A stretch of DNA of 64,000 nt from positions 1 to 64,000 of the forward strand of contig CBDANQ010000055.1 in NCBI GenBank assembly GCA_965197725.1, read 5' to 3'. The notes under the pieces were generated by a model. The model was not told the origin of the DNA. It made no database searches and was given only the letters and a program-made list of their open reading frames with translations. Position 1 is the stretch's first letter; every line of letters starts with the position of its first letter. A program made the position numbers and the translations under genes. This document shows, in pieces, positions 9,810-18,443 of the stretch. Origin of the DNA: Longimicrobiales bacterium. GTDB taxonomy: Bacteria; Gemmatimonadota; Gemmatimonadetes; Longimicrobiales; Gaopeijiaceae.

Positions 9810-10586
9810 TCACCCTACGACAACTAGTGCGACCGTGATGTTGTCGTGCCCACCCGCTTCATTCGCCGTGGCCACCAGCGCCTGGGCCGCACCCTCGAAG
9901 CCTTCGAGATCCGGAGCGCTGCCCAACTGCTCCCGAAGAATGCGCACGATGTCCTCGTCCTCGAGCATGCCGACCAGCCCGTCTGAGCAAAGCAGGTATA
10001 CGTCGCCGACTACCGCGGTTCCATCTTTCACGTGGGGTACCGGCGGATCTGCCAGCCCGATACACTGTGTGAGGATGTGGCCGAAGGGGTGACGCTTCGC
10101 CTGCTCTGGTGTCAGCTCTTTCGCATCGACTCGCGCCTGGACCCAGGTGTCGTCCTGTGTAAGCTACACGAGCGCGTCCGCCCTAAGACAATAGGCACGC
10201 GAGTCGCCCACGTGCCCGAGCACGTACTCTTTCCTATCGAGATCGAGGGCATCGCCGTGAGCGTCGTGCCCGTTCCTTCCAGCTCTTCGTCCTGCGCGCA
10301 CGCCTCCCGGATCGCCTGGTGAGCCAACATCACGGATTCGAGCATGGTCGCGCGCATTCCTGCCAACAGGCCCTGAACGGGAGGGCCTGATCCGAGCCTT
10401 GCCTCGAGCATCTCCGCCGTTTGCTCAGCCGCGATCCGACTTGCCACATCACCGCTCGGGTGCCCACCCATGCCGTCCGCGACGATGGCGATGCCGCCGG
10501 ACGGGAGCAATGCGAGACAGTCCTCTGTTTCGCGTGCTAGCCCGCCCGATGTCACTGAGGCCGACGAAGTTGGTCGTGTTCGGCAC
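9810..10586 (-). pseudogene. PP2C-family Ser/Thr protein phosphatase, frameshifted (possibly consensus errors)
   Basis: Across frames: GLSDIGR, VADGMGGHPSGDVAS, GTGTTLTA, GHVGDSRAY, LTQDD, HILTQC, LLCSDGL, GGHDNITV. Confidence 0.8.
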
Positions 10587-10600
10587 GTGGAGCGTCTAGG

Positions 10601-10606
10601 TAATCT
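10601..10606 (+). promoter_or_regulatory. Putative -10 element (TAATCT) for the candidate ncRNA
   Basis: TAATCT ends 5 nt before the GGGGGG that opens the long stem. Confidence 0.4.
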
Positions 10607-10611
10607 GCGAA

Positions 10612-10763
10612 GGGGGGCTGCTCCAGGAGCGGCAAAGTAGAAACACCCGGCGCTCGTGCGGCAACCAGGTCGTGACATGCAGCTCCAATGCGAGGAACCC
10701 CGTCGCGGGACTGGGTTACCAGACGGCGAGCCCCCTGGCCCACCAGGAGTGCCCTGCGCCCCC
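10612..10763 (+). ncRNA. Candidate 6S-like rod-shaped RNA
   Basis: Closing stem GGGGGCUGC/GCGCCCCC and CAGG-GC/GCCCUG; A-rich 5' bubble; 3' bubble hairpin CCUGG/CCAGG; inner stem GCUCG/CGAGC and AACC/GGUU; no credible ORF. Confidence 0.5.
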
Positions 10764-10773
10764 GGTACGTCGT

Positions 10774-10806
10774 CCGAGTCCCGGAGCGCGTGCGCTGGGA
10801 ACTCGG
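10774..10806 (+). terminator. Hairpin downstream of the candidate ncRNA
   Basis: CCGAGTCCC..AGCGC/GCGCT-GGGA-ACTCGG inverted repeat; no clear U-tract. Confidence 0.35.
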
Positions 10807-10841
10807 AGACCGGCTCAGACGTATGAAAAGTGCTCGATTTT

Positions 10842-10885
10842 AGTTGACAGGCCGAGTTGACAGGCCGGGCTCTCGCGGGCACCTT
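10842..10885 (+). promoter_or_regulatory. Sigma-70-type promoter of the sigma gene with tandemly duplicated -35
   Basis: AGTTGACAGGCCG twice (10842-10854, 10855-10867); second TTGACA is 17 nt from CACCTT. Confidence 0.5.
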
Positions 10886-10979
10886 AAGCGGCTGAGGATT
10901 TGGCAAAGTTTGGACCCCCCACCTGCAGACCTCTTTTTTTGAGGATCGGTGGGGCAGGACTTATAGGAGAAGAGACACG

Positions 10980-11882
10980 ATGGCCGCTGCCACTACAAGC
11001 AAGCGCAAGCGTCGGGGGAAGAGCAAGCTTCTCTCGGGCTTCGACGCAAGCGTGGAGGAGCAGAGCGCCCTCGATCAGTACCTCCGAGACGTGAGTCGCC
11101 ACGAGCTCATCACTCCTGACAAGGAGAAGGAGCTCGGCGCGCTGGCCCAGAAGGGCGACCAGGAGGCGATCCAGGAGCTGGCGCGAGCGAACCTACGCTT
11201 CGTGATCAGTGTTGCAAAGAAATACCAGAATCGCGGCGTCTCTCTCACGGATCTGATCCAGGAGGGGAACGTCGGACTCGTTACCGCTGCGCGGAAGTTT
11301 GATCCCGAGCAGGGCGTGAAGTTCATTAGTTATGCCGTCTGGTGGATTCGTCAGGCCATCCTGGCGTCTCTCGCCAACCACGGTCGGGCGGTGCGTGTTC
11401 CGCTCAACCGGGCGAGTGACCTGGCTCGCATCTTTCGCGAGAAGGAGCGCCTGAAGCAGGAGAAAGGGCGCGAGCCGAAGACAGAGGAGTTGGCCGAGGC
11501 GACATTCTTGACGCCTGAGCTGGTTGAGTCCCTGCAGACGCTGAACGCCGCAGAGATCCGTCTCGACGCGCCGATCGGTGACTCGGAGGACTCACAGCTC
11601 GTCGAGCGCTTCATCACCGAAGAGGCGGCCGAGCCTGAAGTCGAGGTCGAGAGCCGCTTGCTGACCGAAACGATCACTGATGCTCTGTCCACCCTCGAGG
11701 CACGCGACGCGAAGGTCCTGCGTCTGTACTTCGGCCTCGAGGGCGAGCGCGAGCATACCCTCGAAGAGATCGGGAACATGCTCGGCGTGACCCGCGAGCG
11801 GATCCGTCAGTTGCGCGATCGTGCGCTGCGACGTCTGCGCGACGGCGAGAAGGGAAACGCGCTGGAGTCCTTCGCTGCGTGA
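10980..11882 (+). CDS. RNA polymerase sigma factor, RpoD/SigA family, lacking region 1.1
   Basis: ALDQYLRDV, ANLRFVISVAKKY, DLIQEGNVGL, YAVWWIRQAI, TLEEIG...TRERIRQ; AGGAG RBS. Confidence 0.95.
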   Translation: MAAATTSKRKRRGKSKLLSGFDASVEEQSALDQYLRDVSRHELITPDKEKELGALAQKGDQEAIQELARANLRFVISVAKKYQNRGVSLTDLIQEGNVGLVTAARKFDPEQGVKFISYAVWWIRQAILASLANHGRAVRVPLNRASDLARIFREKERLKQEKGREPKTEELAEATFLTPELVESLQTLNAAEIRLDAPIGDSEDSQLVERFITEEAAEPEVEVESRLLTETITDALSTLEARDAKVLRLYFGLEGEREHTLEEIGNMLGVTRERIRQLRDRALRRLRDGEKGNALESFAA

Positions 11883-11917
11883 TGATTGAGCCGGCCGTGA
11901 CGCGGTCGGACTCTGCG

Positions 11918-11950
11918 GCCCCCCGTCGGAAGTCGTTCCGGCGGGGGGCT
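11918..11950 (+). terminator. GC-rich hairpin after the sigma gene
   Basis: GCCCCCCGTCGGAA-GTCG-TTCCGGCGGGGGGC-TT. Confidence 0.6.
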
Positions 11951-11973
11951 TCGCGCATCCGGGAGTTGCGTGC

Positions 11974-12877
11974 GTGAGGGGGAGGGTACACGAGGCTGGT
12001 GGAGGTGTGTACCGCGTCCGTTTGGAGGACCACCGAGACGTCGAAGCTTCGTTGCGCGGGCGACTCAAGCGGCAACAGCGCACTGGGAGCTGCGTCGTCA
12101 TCGGGGACGTAGTGACGGTCGACACGTTAGGTGACGCGTGGACGATCGAGAGCGTGGAGGAGCGTTCAACGGAGCTCGTTCGCAGAGGGCGAGGGGGGCG
12201 GGCGCCGAAGCTGCTCGCGGCCAACCTGGACAAGGCATTCATGGTGGTCGCGGCCAAGAATCCGGACGTCACGGTCGAGTTGATCGATCGCCTGCTGATG
12301 CTTGGCGAGGCGAGCGGGATGCAAGCGATCCTAGTCATCAACAAGCTCGATGCCCTGGGAGCGCCCGACGTCGAAGCGCGATTCGCGCCTATGTACCGGG
12401 CCATCGGCTATGAGGTGCTTCCCGTCAGTGCCGAGACTGGCGAGGGCCTCGAGCTATTGAGGCGGCGGATGTGCGAGGGCACATCGACCCTGATCGGACC
12501 GTCCGGTGTAGGGAAGTCGGCGTTGCTCAACGCGATTGATCCCGAACTCGCGCTGCGCACGGGCGAACTTTCGCGCAAGACCAGGTCCGGGCGGCACACG
12601 ACGGTCAGCTCCCGTATCATTCCGCTTGCTTGCGGTGGGCTGGTTGCGGATACGCCCGGTTTCGGAGACGTCGGATTGTGGGGTGTCCCGCCCGAGGAAG
12701 TCGCCGGCTGTTTCCCAGAGTTTGCGGATCCCTCGGAGCTGTGCCGGTTTCGTGAATGCACGCACGTACACGAGCCGGGACTGCGGCGTGAGGGCCGCGC
12801 TGGGAGCGGGTGAGATCTTCGACTCCCGGCACCAGAGCTACCTGACCGCCCGAGCCGAGGCAGAAGAAGCGCGCTGA
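11974..12877 (+). CDS. rsgA: Ribosome small subunit-dependent GTPase A, frameshift near 12780
   Basis: Circularly permuted NKLD / GPSGVGKS / GRHTT / DTPG; Zn finger CRFREC.HVHEP continues as DCGVRAA...RHQSYL in another frame. Confidence 0.9.
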
Positions 12878-12926
12878 GGTTGTGCGCCCTGGCAGCCCGT
12901 GGTAGTAGCACGGGCTGCTATTCCTG

Positions 12927-13715
12927 CTAGGCCTGTCCGGGGCGCAGGGGGGTGACTCTCGGAGTCCCCGACGCGGGATCCGTCGCGACCGATACCGGCC
13001 ACGCATAGACGCCAGCCAAAGTCGGCTCGGTCATGACCTCCGCAGGCGTGCCCTCGGCGGCGACGGTCCCGTGCGAAAGCAACAGCAGGCGGTCGGCGAA
13101 CCGAGCCGCGAGATCGAGGCCATGCGTAACCACGACGACAGTGAGTCCCGAGTCCGCCGAATGTCGGAGTAACTCGAGGATCGCCATCTCGTGACGGATG
13201 TCGAGGCTGTTGGTCGGCTCGTCGAGCACGAGTGCCCGTGGCTGTTGCGCGAGGGCTCGAGCGATCCGCACGCGCTGGCGCTCTCCCCCTGAGAGCGTGG
13301 TCACGTCTCGGCTCGCAAACTCAGTGACGTCACACTCGGCTAGAGCGGTAGCCACGGCCTCCCTGTCGGAGTCACCTTCACCGGAGAGAGGCCCGAGATG
13401 AGGATAGCGCCCCATTGCGACCATCTCTCGGACCGTAAGCGGGAACGACAGAGTTTCCGACTGCGCGACCGCACCGACCGCTCGTGCTAACTCACGACGG
13501 TCCCACGTGCCCACCTCGCGGTCATCGATATAGGTGCCGCCCGAGGTCGGCTCGAGCACACCCATCATGGATCGCATGAGCGTTGACTTGCCCGATCCGT
13601 TGGGCCCCAGCACGGCATAGAGGCATCCGTCCGGGACGGTCATCGAGATGCCGTCGAGCGCGGGACGTTGTGCGCCGGGATACCGCACTACGAGGTTTCG
13701 CGCCTCGAGTCTCAT
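12927..13715 (-). CDS. ABC transporter ATP-binding protein (FecE/BtuD/HmuV-like)
   Basis: GPNGSGKST, LSGGERQR, LDEPT. Confidence 0.93.
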   Translation of the reverse strand: MRLEARNLVVRYPGAQRPALDGISMTVPDGCLYAVLGPNGSGKSTLMRSMMGVLEPTSGGTYIDDREVGTWDRRELARAVGAVAQSETLSFPLTVREMVAMGRYPHLGPLSGEGDSDREAVATALAECDVTEFASRDVTTLSGGERQRVRIARALAQQPRALVLDEPTNSLDIRHEMAILELLRHSADSGLTVVVVTHGLDLAARFADRLLLLSHGTVAAEGTPAEVMTEPTLAGVYAWPVSVATDPASGTPRVTPLRPGQA

Positions 13716-14704
13716 GTCCCGACGAGGCTCCCGCGCAGGAGCACGAGGAAGATCGGGACACCCACGAAGGCGGTGATCACACCGATCGGAATCTCGGTGG
13801 GGGCGAGCGCCAAGCGCGCAATCAGGTCAGCGAGCGTGAGAAACGCCGCGCCACCCAGGAAAGAGAGCGGCAGTAGGGCTCGGTGATCCGACCCGATGAG
13901 CAGGCGGATGGCGTGTGGGACGACGAGACCGACGAAGCCGATCACGCCGGCCACTGCGACGCCGGCCGCGGTGATCAAGGCGGCGATGACGAGCGCGGTG
14001 CGTTTCACGCCTTCGACATCGGCACCCAGATAGTTGGCGGTCTCCTCGCCGATCGCCATGAGGTTCAGCGGGCGGGCGAGTCCAATCAGGACGACCGCGG
14101 CTGGCACCGTGTACACGGCGGCGAGCAGCACGCTCCGCCAACTCGCGTTGGCGAGGCTTCCCATGATCCAGAGTACCGCGCTCTGGACTGTTCGCGCCGA
14201 GGAGATCGAAAGAATGAAGGCGATGCATGCGGAGAAGAACGCCGCCGCGACGACGCCGGCGAGCAGCAAGACGCGCACGTCCATCGCGTGGCCGGTGGCC
14301 GTCGCCACTCGGAACACCAGCACGATTGCCAGGAGCGCACCCGCGAAGGCGGCCAAGGGCAGACTCCACGATCCGAGTCCTGCCCAGCCCAAGGCGAGCA
14401 CTGTAACGGCACCGACCGACGCGCCGCCGGAAATGCCGAGGATGTACGGTTCTGCCAGCGGATTGCGCAGCAGTGCCTGGAAAGTGGCCCCGGCAAGCGC
14501 GAGACCTCCCCCGACCAGCACCCCGAGTAGTGTTCGGGGAAGGCGAAGTTGGAGCACGATGTCGCGATGCACCTCGACGTCCCCTCTGGTGAGGGCCGCG
14601 AGCACCTCGGCGGTACTCAGTTCCACCGAACCGAAGCGGACGCCGGCCAGAACGCTGGTCAGCAGCGTCACTCCGACGAGTGTCGCCAGCGTGAACCGGC
14701 TCAT
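13712..14704 (-). CDS. FecCD/BtuC-family ABC permease
   Basis: RLPR, QALLRNPLAEPYILG, GVIGFVGLVVPH, EIPIGVITA. Confidence 0.93.
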   Translation of the reverse strand: MSRFTLATLVGVTLLTSVLAGVRFGSVELSTAEVLAALTRGDVEVHRDIVLQLRLPRTLLGVLVGGGLALAGATFQALLRNPLAEPYILGISGGASVGAVTVLALGWAGLGSWSLPLAAFAGALLAIVLVFRVATATGHAMDVRVLLLAGVVAAAFFSACIAFILSISSARTVQSAVLWIMGSLANASWRSVLLAAVYTVPAAVVLIGLARPLNLMAIGEETANYLGADVEGVKRTALVIAALITAAGVAVAGVIGFVGLVVPHAIRLLIGSDHRALLPLSFLGGAAFLTLADLIARLALAPTEIPIGVITAFVGVPIFLVLLRGSLVGT

Positions 14705-15584
14705 CGCAAGGAAGTGCCGTGCAGCAGCTCCGCGACGCGCCACGCTGCATGCACCACGTGGGGACCTGAAATCTCGAGAGCGGAACCGATCTCGACGATG
14801 CGCGCTCGCGGCGTGAGTGTCGTATCGAACTGGGACGCCTCGCTCACGAAGACAACATCGATTTCCCTCGTGCGTAGCTCCTCGGGGCTCACGGCGGAAT
14901 ACAGCGATTGCAGATCCGCGAAGGCGTTGTCGCCTCCCACGAGTCGGATGATTTCGTCGATGTAGGTGTCCGGTCCTGCGACCCACGGGGGCGTGCCGCC
15001 AAGCACGTACACCGTGCGTAGCCGTGGAAGCTCCGCGACCCGCCGCGACAGTTCAGCGAGACCGGCCTCGAGCGCACGGACCAGCGAGTCGGCGGCAGCG
15101 TCGGCTCCGGTTGCACGACCCAGAAGAATCGCACCGGCGTACACGTCTCGAAGGCGGTCCGGGCGCACAGCGATGTGCATGATACCCAGCTCGTCGAGCC
15201 GCGCAGGCGTGCGCGAGTCTTGTTCGCCGTGGAAGCGGATGACCAGGTCGGGGCTCAGCGCGACGATCTCCTCGAGGTTGGGCTCCAGACCACCGCCGAC
15301 GGATGGGAGGTGCGCCACCCACTCCTGCTCGTCGAAACCGGTCCGCCCGACGAAGCACTGAGTCGACCCCCAAGGCCCTCAGCGTCTGGGTGGCAGACGG
15401 GACCAAGGAAATCACGCGGGTAGCGGGCTCGGCCAAGAAGCGCCTCGGACCCTGACGCATCGACGACGCTGATGCCCTCTGGAAGGCTCTGCTCGGGAGG
15501 GCTCTCGCCTCTGCACGCGGCGGCGAGGAAGCTGACCGCGAGCGATCTCCAGCGAAGAGATTTGCCCTGTGCGCGGCGCGGCAT
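14701..15584 (-). CDS. BtuF-like helical-backbone substrate-binding lipoprotein, frameshifted near 15450 and 15355
   Basis: Lipobox AAA-C; RVISLVPSATQTL, PSVGGGLEPNLEEIVALSPDLV, GGDNAF in successive frames. Confidence 0.8.
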
Positions 15585-16599
15585 CAGCCGCCCGCAGCAG
15601 CGGATCGCAAGCAGGAGTCCTCGGACGTACGGACCCAGGTCTCCACTCCGCTGGGGCGAGCGCAGCGAACCAGCGACGCTCCGAACCGAAGACTCTCGAG
15701 CAGAACCTCTTCGGTGCCATCACCGTCCCAATCCAAGTGATCGAAATAGCGCGGTGCGCCCTTCCCGTCACTGTCGACCGGACGGTACCACACGTAATCG
15801 GGCTCGTACCCCTCCCCCGACGCGTGCCCCATCAAGAACAGCGAGTACGCGCCAGCGCTTGGAGCGGACATCCCGAGCTGGTCCCGATACATGAAGGTCG
15901 CGGCGATCGCCTCCGCGGGCGCGCCGACCATCTGGAAGGCCTGGATATCCGCTCGTGCCGAGAGCACTCCGTCAGGGGGCCATGCCGCGCCCAGGCGGGG
16001 AATGGCGGCCGAAGCGAGACTCAGGGAGGCGACCCGCTGATCGTAGTCGTGACGGTGGGCCCGATAGGGGGTCGTATGTGCGTTCGGACGCCGCGTACGC
16101 AGGCAGAGCCATCAGCAACTCGGCGCTCACGGCGTTTGGCACCAACTCGACCCTCCCGGAAATCGTCGGTCGCGGTACGCAAAAGTCCTCAGCGAGCCCC
16201 GTCGCGCTGGCTGTCAGGCGGCCGACTCTGACACCCTGCGCAAAGAGCACCCACTCAGAGCCGGGCGCGAGCCATTCGGCGGTGGAAACGGTCTCGGAAT
16301 CCGGGTACATCCTCGTCGCTCGCGAACGCGCCTAACGCGTCGCCCTGGATTTCGCCCACCACGGTCAGGGTCGCCTGCGAGCCACTGCGCGTGCCCGCGA
16401 GGAGGATAGGCCCATCCGGGGGCTCGGGGAGAGGATCCTCTTCCTCTGCCAATGGGGCAGCGGGACTGGGAGCCTCCACGGCCAGCTCGGCCTTCGTCCG
16501 CGGGGGCTTCAACCGCGTATCGACCCCACCCCAGCTGACGTTGTCGCAGCCCGAAGCCACGGTTAAGATCACCGCAATCGCTAGGTAATTCCTACGCAT
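15584..16599 (-). CDS. Hypothetical lipoprotein, split by frameshifts
   Basis: Lipobox ASG-C at the start; three consecutive ORFs 16255-16599, 15972-16310, 15584-15967; DWDGDGTEEV Ca-binding-like motif. Confidence 0.6.
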
Positions 16600-16674
16600 A
16601 GGGCCTTCGGTTCAGAGACGGCTCAAGGCCTCGAAAGCTAGTGCGGACCCCTCTGGGGGCAAGCTGAGAACGCG

Positions 16675-17148
16675 GTGGCGCGCCATTCTTTCAGGGAGGT
16701 CATGGGCCGATTCCCGACGGGGGTCGCAGTGGTCTCCGCGCGCGCGGACGGGTCCGCGGTTTGGGGCCTTACCGTGAATTCATTCACGTCGGTGTCGCTC
16801 GAACCTCCTCTCATCCTGGTCTGCATCGACAGAGGAGCAGCGTCGCACGACAAGCTGATCGCCGCCGAAACGTTCGCCATCAGCATGTTGCCCGAGGATC
16901 AGGCCGACGTCGCCAGACGCTTCGCCGCCGAGCCGTCGGAGACACGTTTCGAGGAGGTTGCGTGGCGTAACGCATCGGACGGGAGCCCCCTCCTCGATGG
17001 AGCCGCGGCTTGGTTGGAGTGCGTGGCCAGCGGGGTGATGCCGGGTGGGGACCACTCAATCGTGCTGGGTCGCGTGATCGCGTCCGGCTCGTCGGACCGT
17101 GGGGCACTGCTCTTCTTCAGGGGCGAATATGGCAAGGTGGCGAAGTGA
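16675..17148 (+). CDS. Flavin reductase family protein
   Basis: FREVMGRFPTGVAVV, GLTVNSFTSVSLEPPLIL, GDHSIVLG. Confidence 0.93.
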   Translation: MARHSFREVMGRFPTGVAVVSARADGSAVWGLTVNSFTSVSLEPPLILVCIDRGAASHDKLIAAETFAISMLPEDQADVARRFAAEPSETRFEEVAWRNASDGSPLLDGAAAWLECVASGVMPGGDHSIVLGRVIASGSSDRGALLFFRGEYGKVAK

Positions 17149-18443
17149 GTAGCCTGCGTCGCCGTGCCGAATGGGTGCCACCGTTGCTTGTCGGAGTCAC
17201 GTGCGCGACCGCGGCCGAGGTCGCCATCGGGGTGCTGTTGTACGCCGGAGCGGGCCTCATGCGGTCGCTCAGCACCGTCCTGGTAGTGGAAGCGGCAGCG
17301 CTCGCGATCGGTCTGTGGAGCGCGCCCGGTCCCGGACCGGACCTCGTGAGCCGCCTACGTCGCCGGTGGCTGCTCTGTCTGGTCTCGTTCTTCGCGGCGG
17401 CGTTCTACGGGACGTCGTGGAGTGTGCTTCGGGAGCTTGGCGGTACCGCCCTCGGTCAGGGATTCGGCCTCGCCATCATGGCCGCATTGCCGTTGTATAC
17501 CTGCGGGACCGTGCTCGGCGGTATGGCCACTGCCGCCATGACCGACGGCAGAGGTCCTCGGGCGGGCCCCGGCGCCGCGGCCGCGATGGGCGCAGCGATC
17601 GGCTTCGCGGTCACAGGGCTCATGCTTCCGAGCTCGCCGGTGCCTTCCTACCTGCTCATCGGATGCCTCGCGCTGCTCTCCGTGGGTGGCATGGTTTACG
17701 GAGTCGTGCCGGGCTCTCGCCTCCAGGTTGAAGTACAGGCGAACCGCTCCGCCGCCGCCTTTGCAGTGCGAGTGGAGGACCGGCGGCTCTCGCAGAACGG
17801 CCTCGCGTCGCGGGTTCTGCTCGAAGGTGAGCACGTGCGGCGCGCGATCGGGCTCTCGGACGAGAGCGCGGTTGTTCCGTGGGACATCGCGGTGGGACGC
17901 GGGCTCATGCCTCCTGGCGAGGCATGCTGGCGCGTCCTGGTGGTGGGCGGGGGTGCGTCGTCACTGCCTCGCATGGTCGTGAGAGAACACCCGAGGGGAT
18001 CAGTCGACGTGCTGGAGCGTGTTGGCGCCGTGGTGGAGCTGGGCAGAGACCACTTCGAGACCGGCTTGAGCGTGGGGCGCACGGAGCGCTCGTCTGTCGC
18101 CGTCGGCAACCTCGACGATCTCGTCGAGGGACTTTCGGGGAGCTACGACTTGGTCGTCGTGGACGGTGCGGCGCTCGAGCCGTTGGGGGGTGCCGAGGAG
18201 CTGTCCCGCCGAGCGAAGGCAGCCTTGAGGCAGCGGGTCTCGGCCCGTGGAGTGCTGGTGTGGGGGCCCGACTTCGACCCTGACACCGAGGCAGTCGACG
18301 GTTGGTCGACCGTGACGCTCGCTCGCTCGCGCGCGGGCGGTGAGGAGGAGGTGCTGCTCGTAGCGGGACCTGAAGCAGTACTCCCTGCAACCGATCTCAT
18401 CGAGGGATTCCGAGCCCTGAACGGAGGCGCTGCCATCACGTGA
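17145..18443 (+). CDS. Membrane domain fused to a spermidine synthase-like (SAM-dependent) domain, divergent motifs
   Basis: About 6 N-terminal TM segments; C-terminal RVLVVGGGA, VDVLE, YDLVVVD; GTGA-coupled to both neighbours. Confidence 0.65.
   Translation: MSSLRRRAEWVPPLLVGVTCATAAEVAIGVLLYAGAGLMRSLSTVLVVEAAALAIGLWSAPGPGPDLVSRLRRRWLLCLVSFFAAAFYGTSWSVLRELGGTALGQGFGLAIMAALPLYTCGTVLGGMATAAMTDGRGPRAGPGAAAAMGAAIGFAVTGLMLPSSPVPSYLLIGCLALLSVGGMVYGVVPGSRLQVEVQANRSAAAFAVRVEDRRLSQNGLASRVLLEGEHVRRAIGLSDESAVVPWDIAVGRGLMPPGEACWRVLVVGGGASSLPRMVVREHPRGSVDVLERVGAVVELGRDHFETGLSVGRTERSSVAVGNLDDLVEGLSGSYDLVVVDGAALEPLGGAEELSRRAKAALRQRVSARGVLVWGPDFDPDTEAVDGWSTVTLARSRAGGEEEVLLVAGPEAVLPATDLIEGFRALNGGAAIT

Noticed and set aside
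10612..10763. c-di-GMP-I riboswitch, tRNA-Sec, SRP or tmRNA identity for the structured region
   Set aside because: GGCAAA and GGGTTACC are present, but the GNRA hairpin/receptor layout, UCA anticodon arm, SRP GGAAG-AGCAG loop and tmRNA ends were not found
12770..12800. Programmed frameshift in rsgA (and in trpE near 28815)
   Set aside because: No known recoding in these families and many similar indels nearby; error or decay is simpler
15584..16675. Cobalamin riboswitch upstream of the Btu/Fec-like transporter
   Set aside because: No B12-box or room for one; substrate (B12, heme or siderophore) left unassigned
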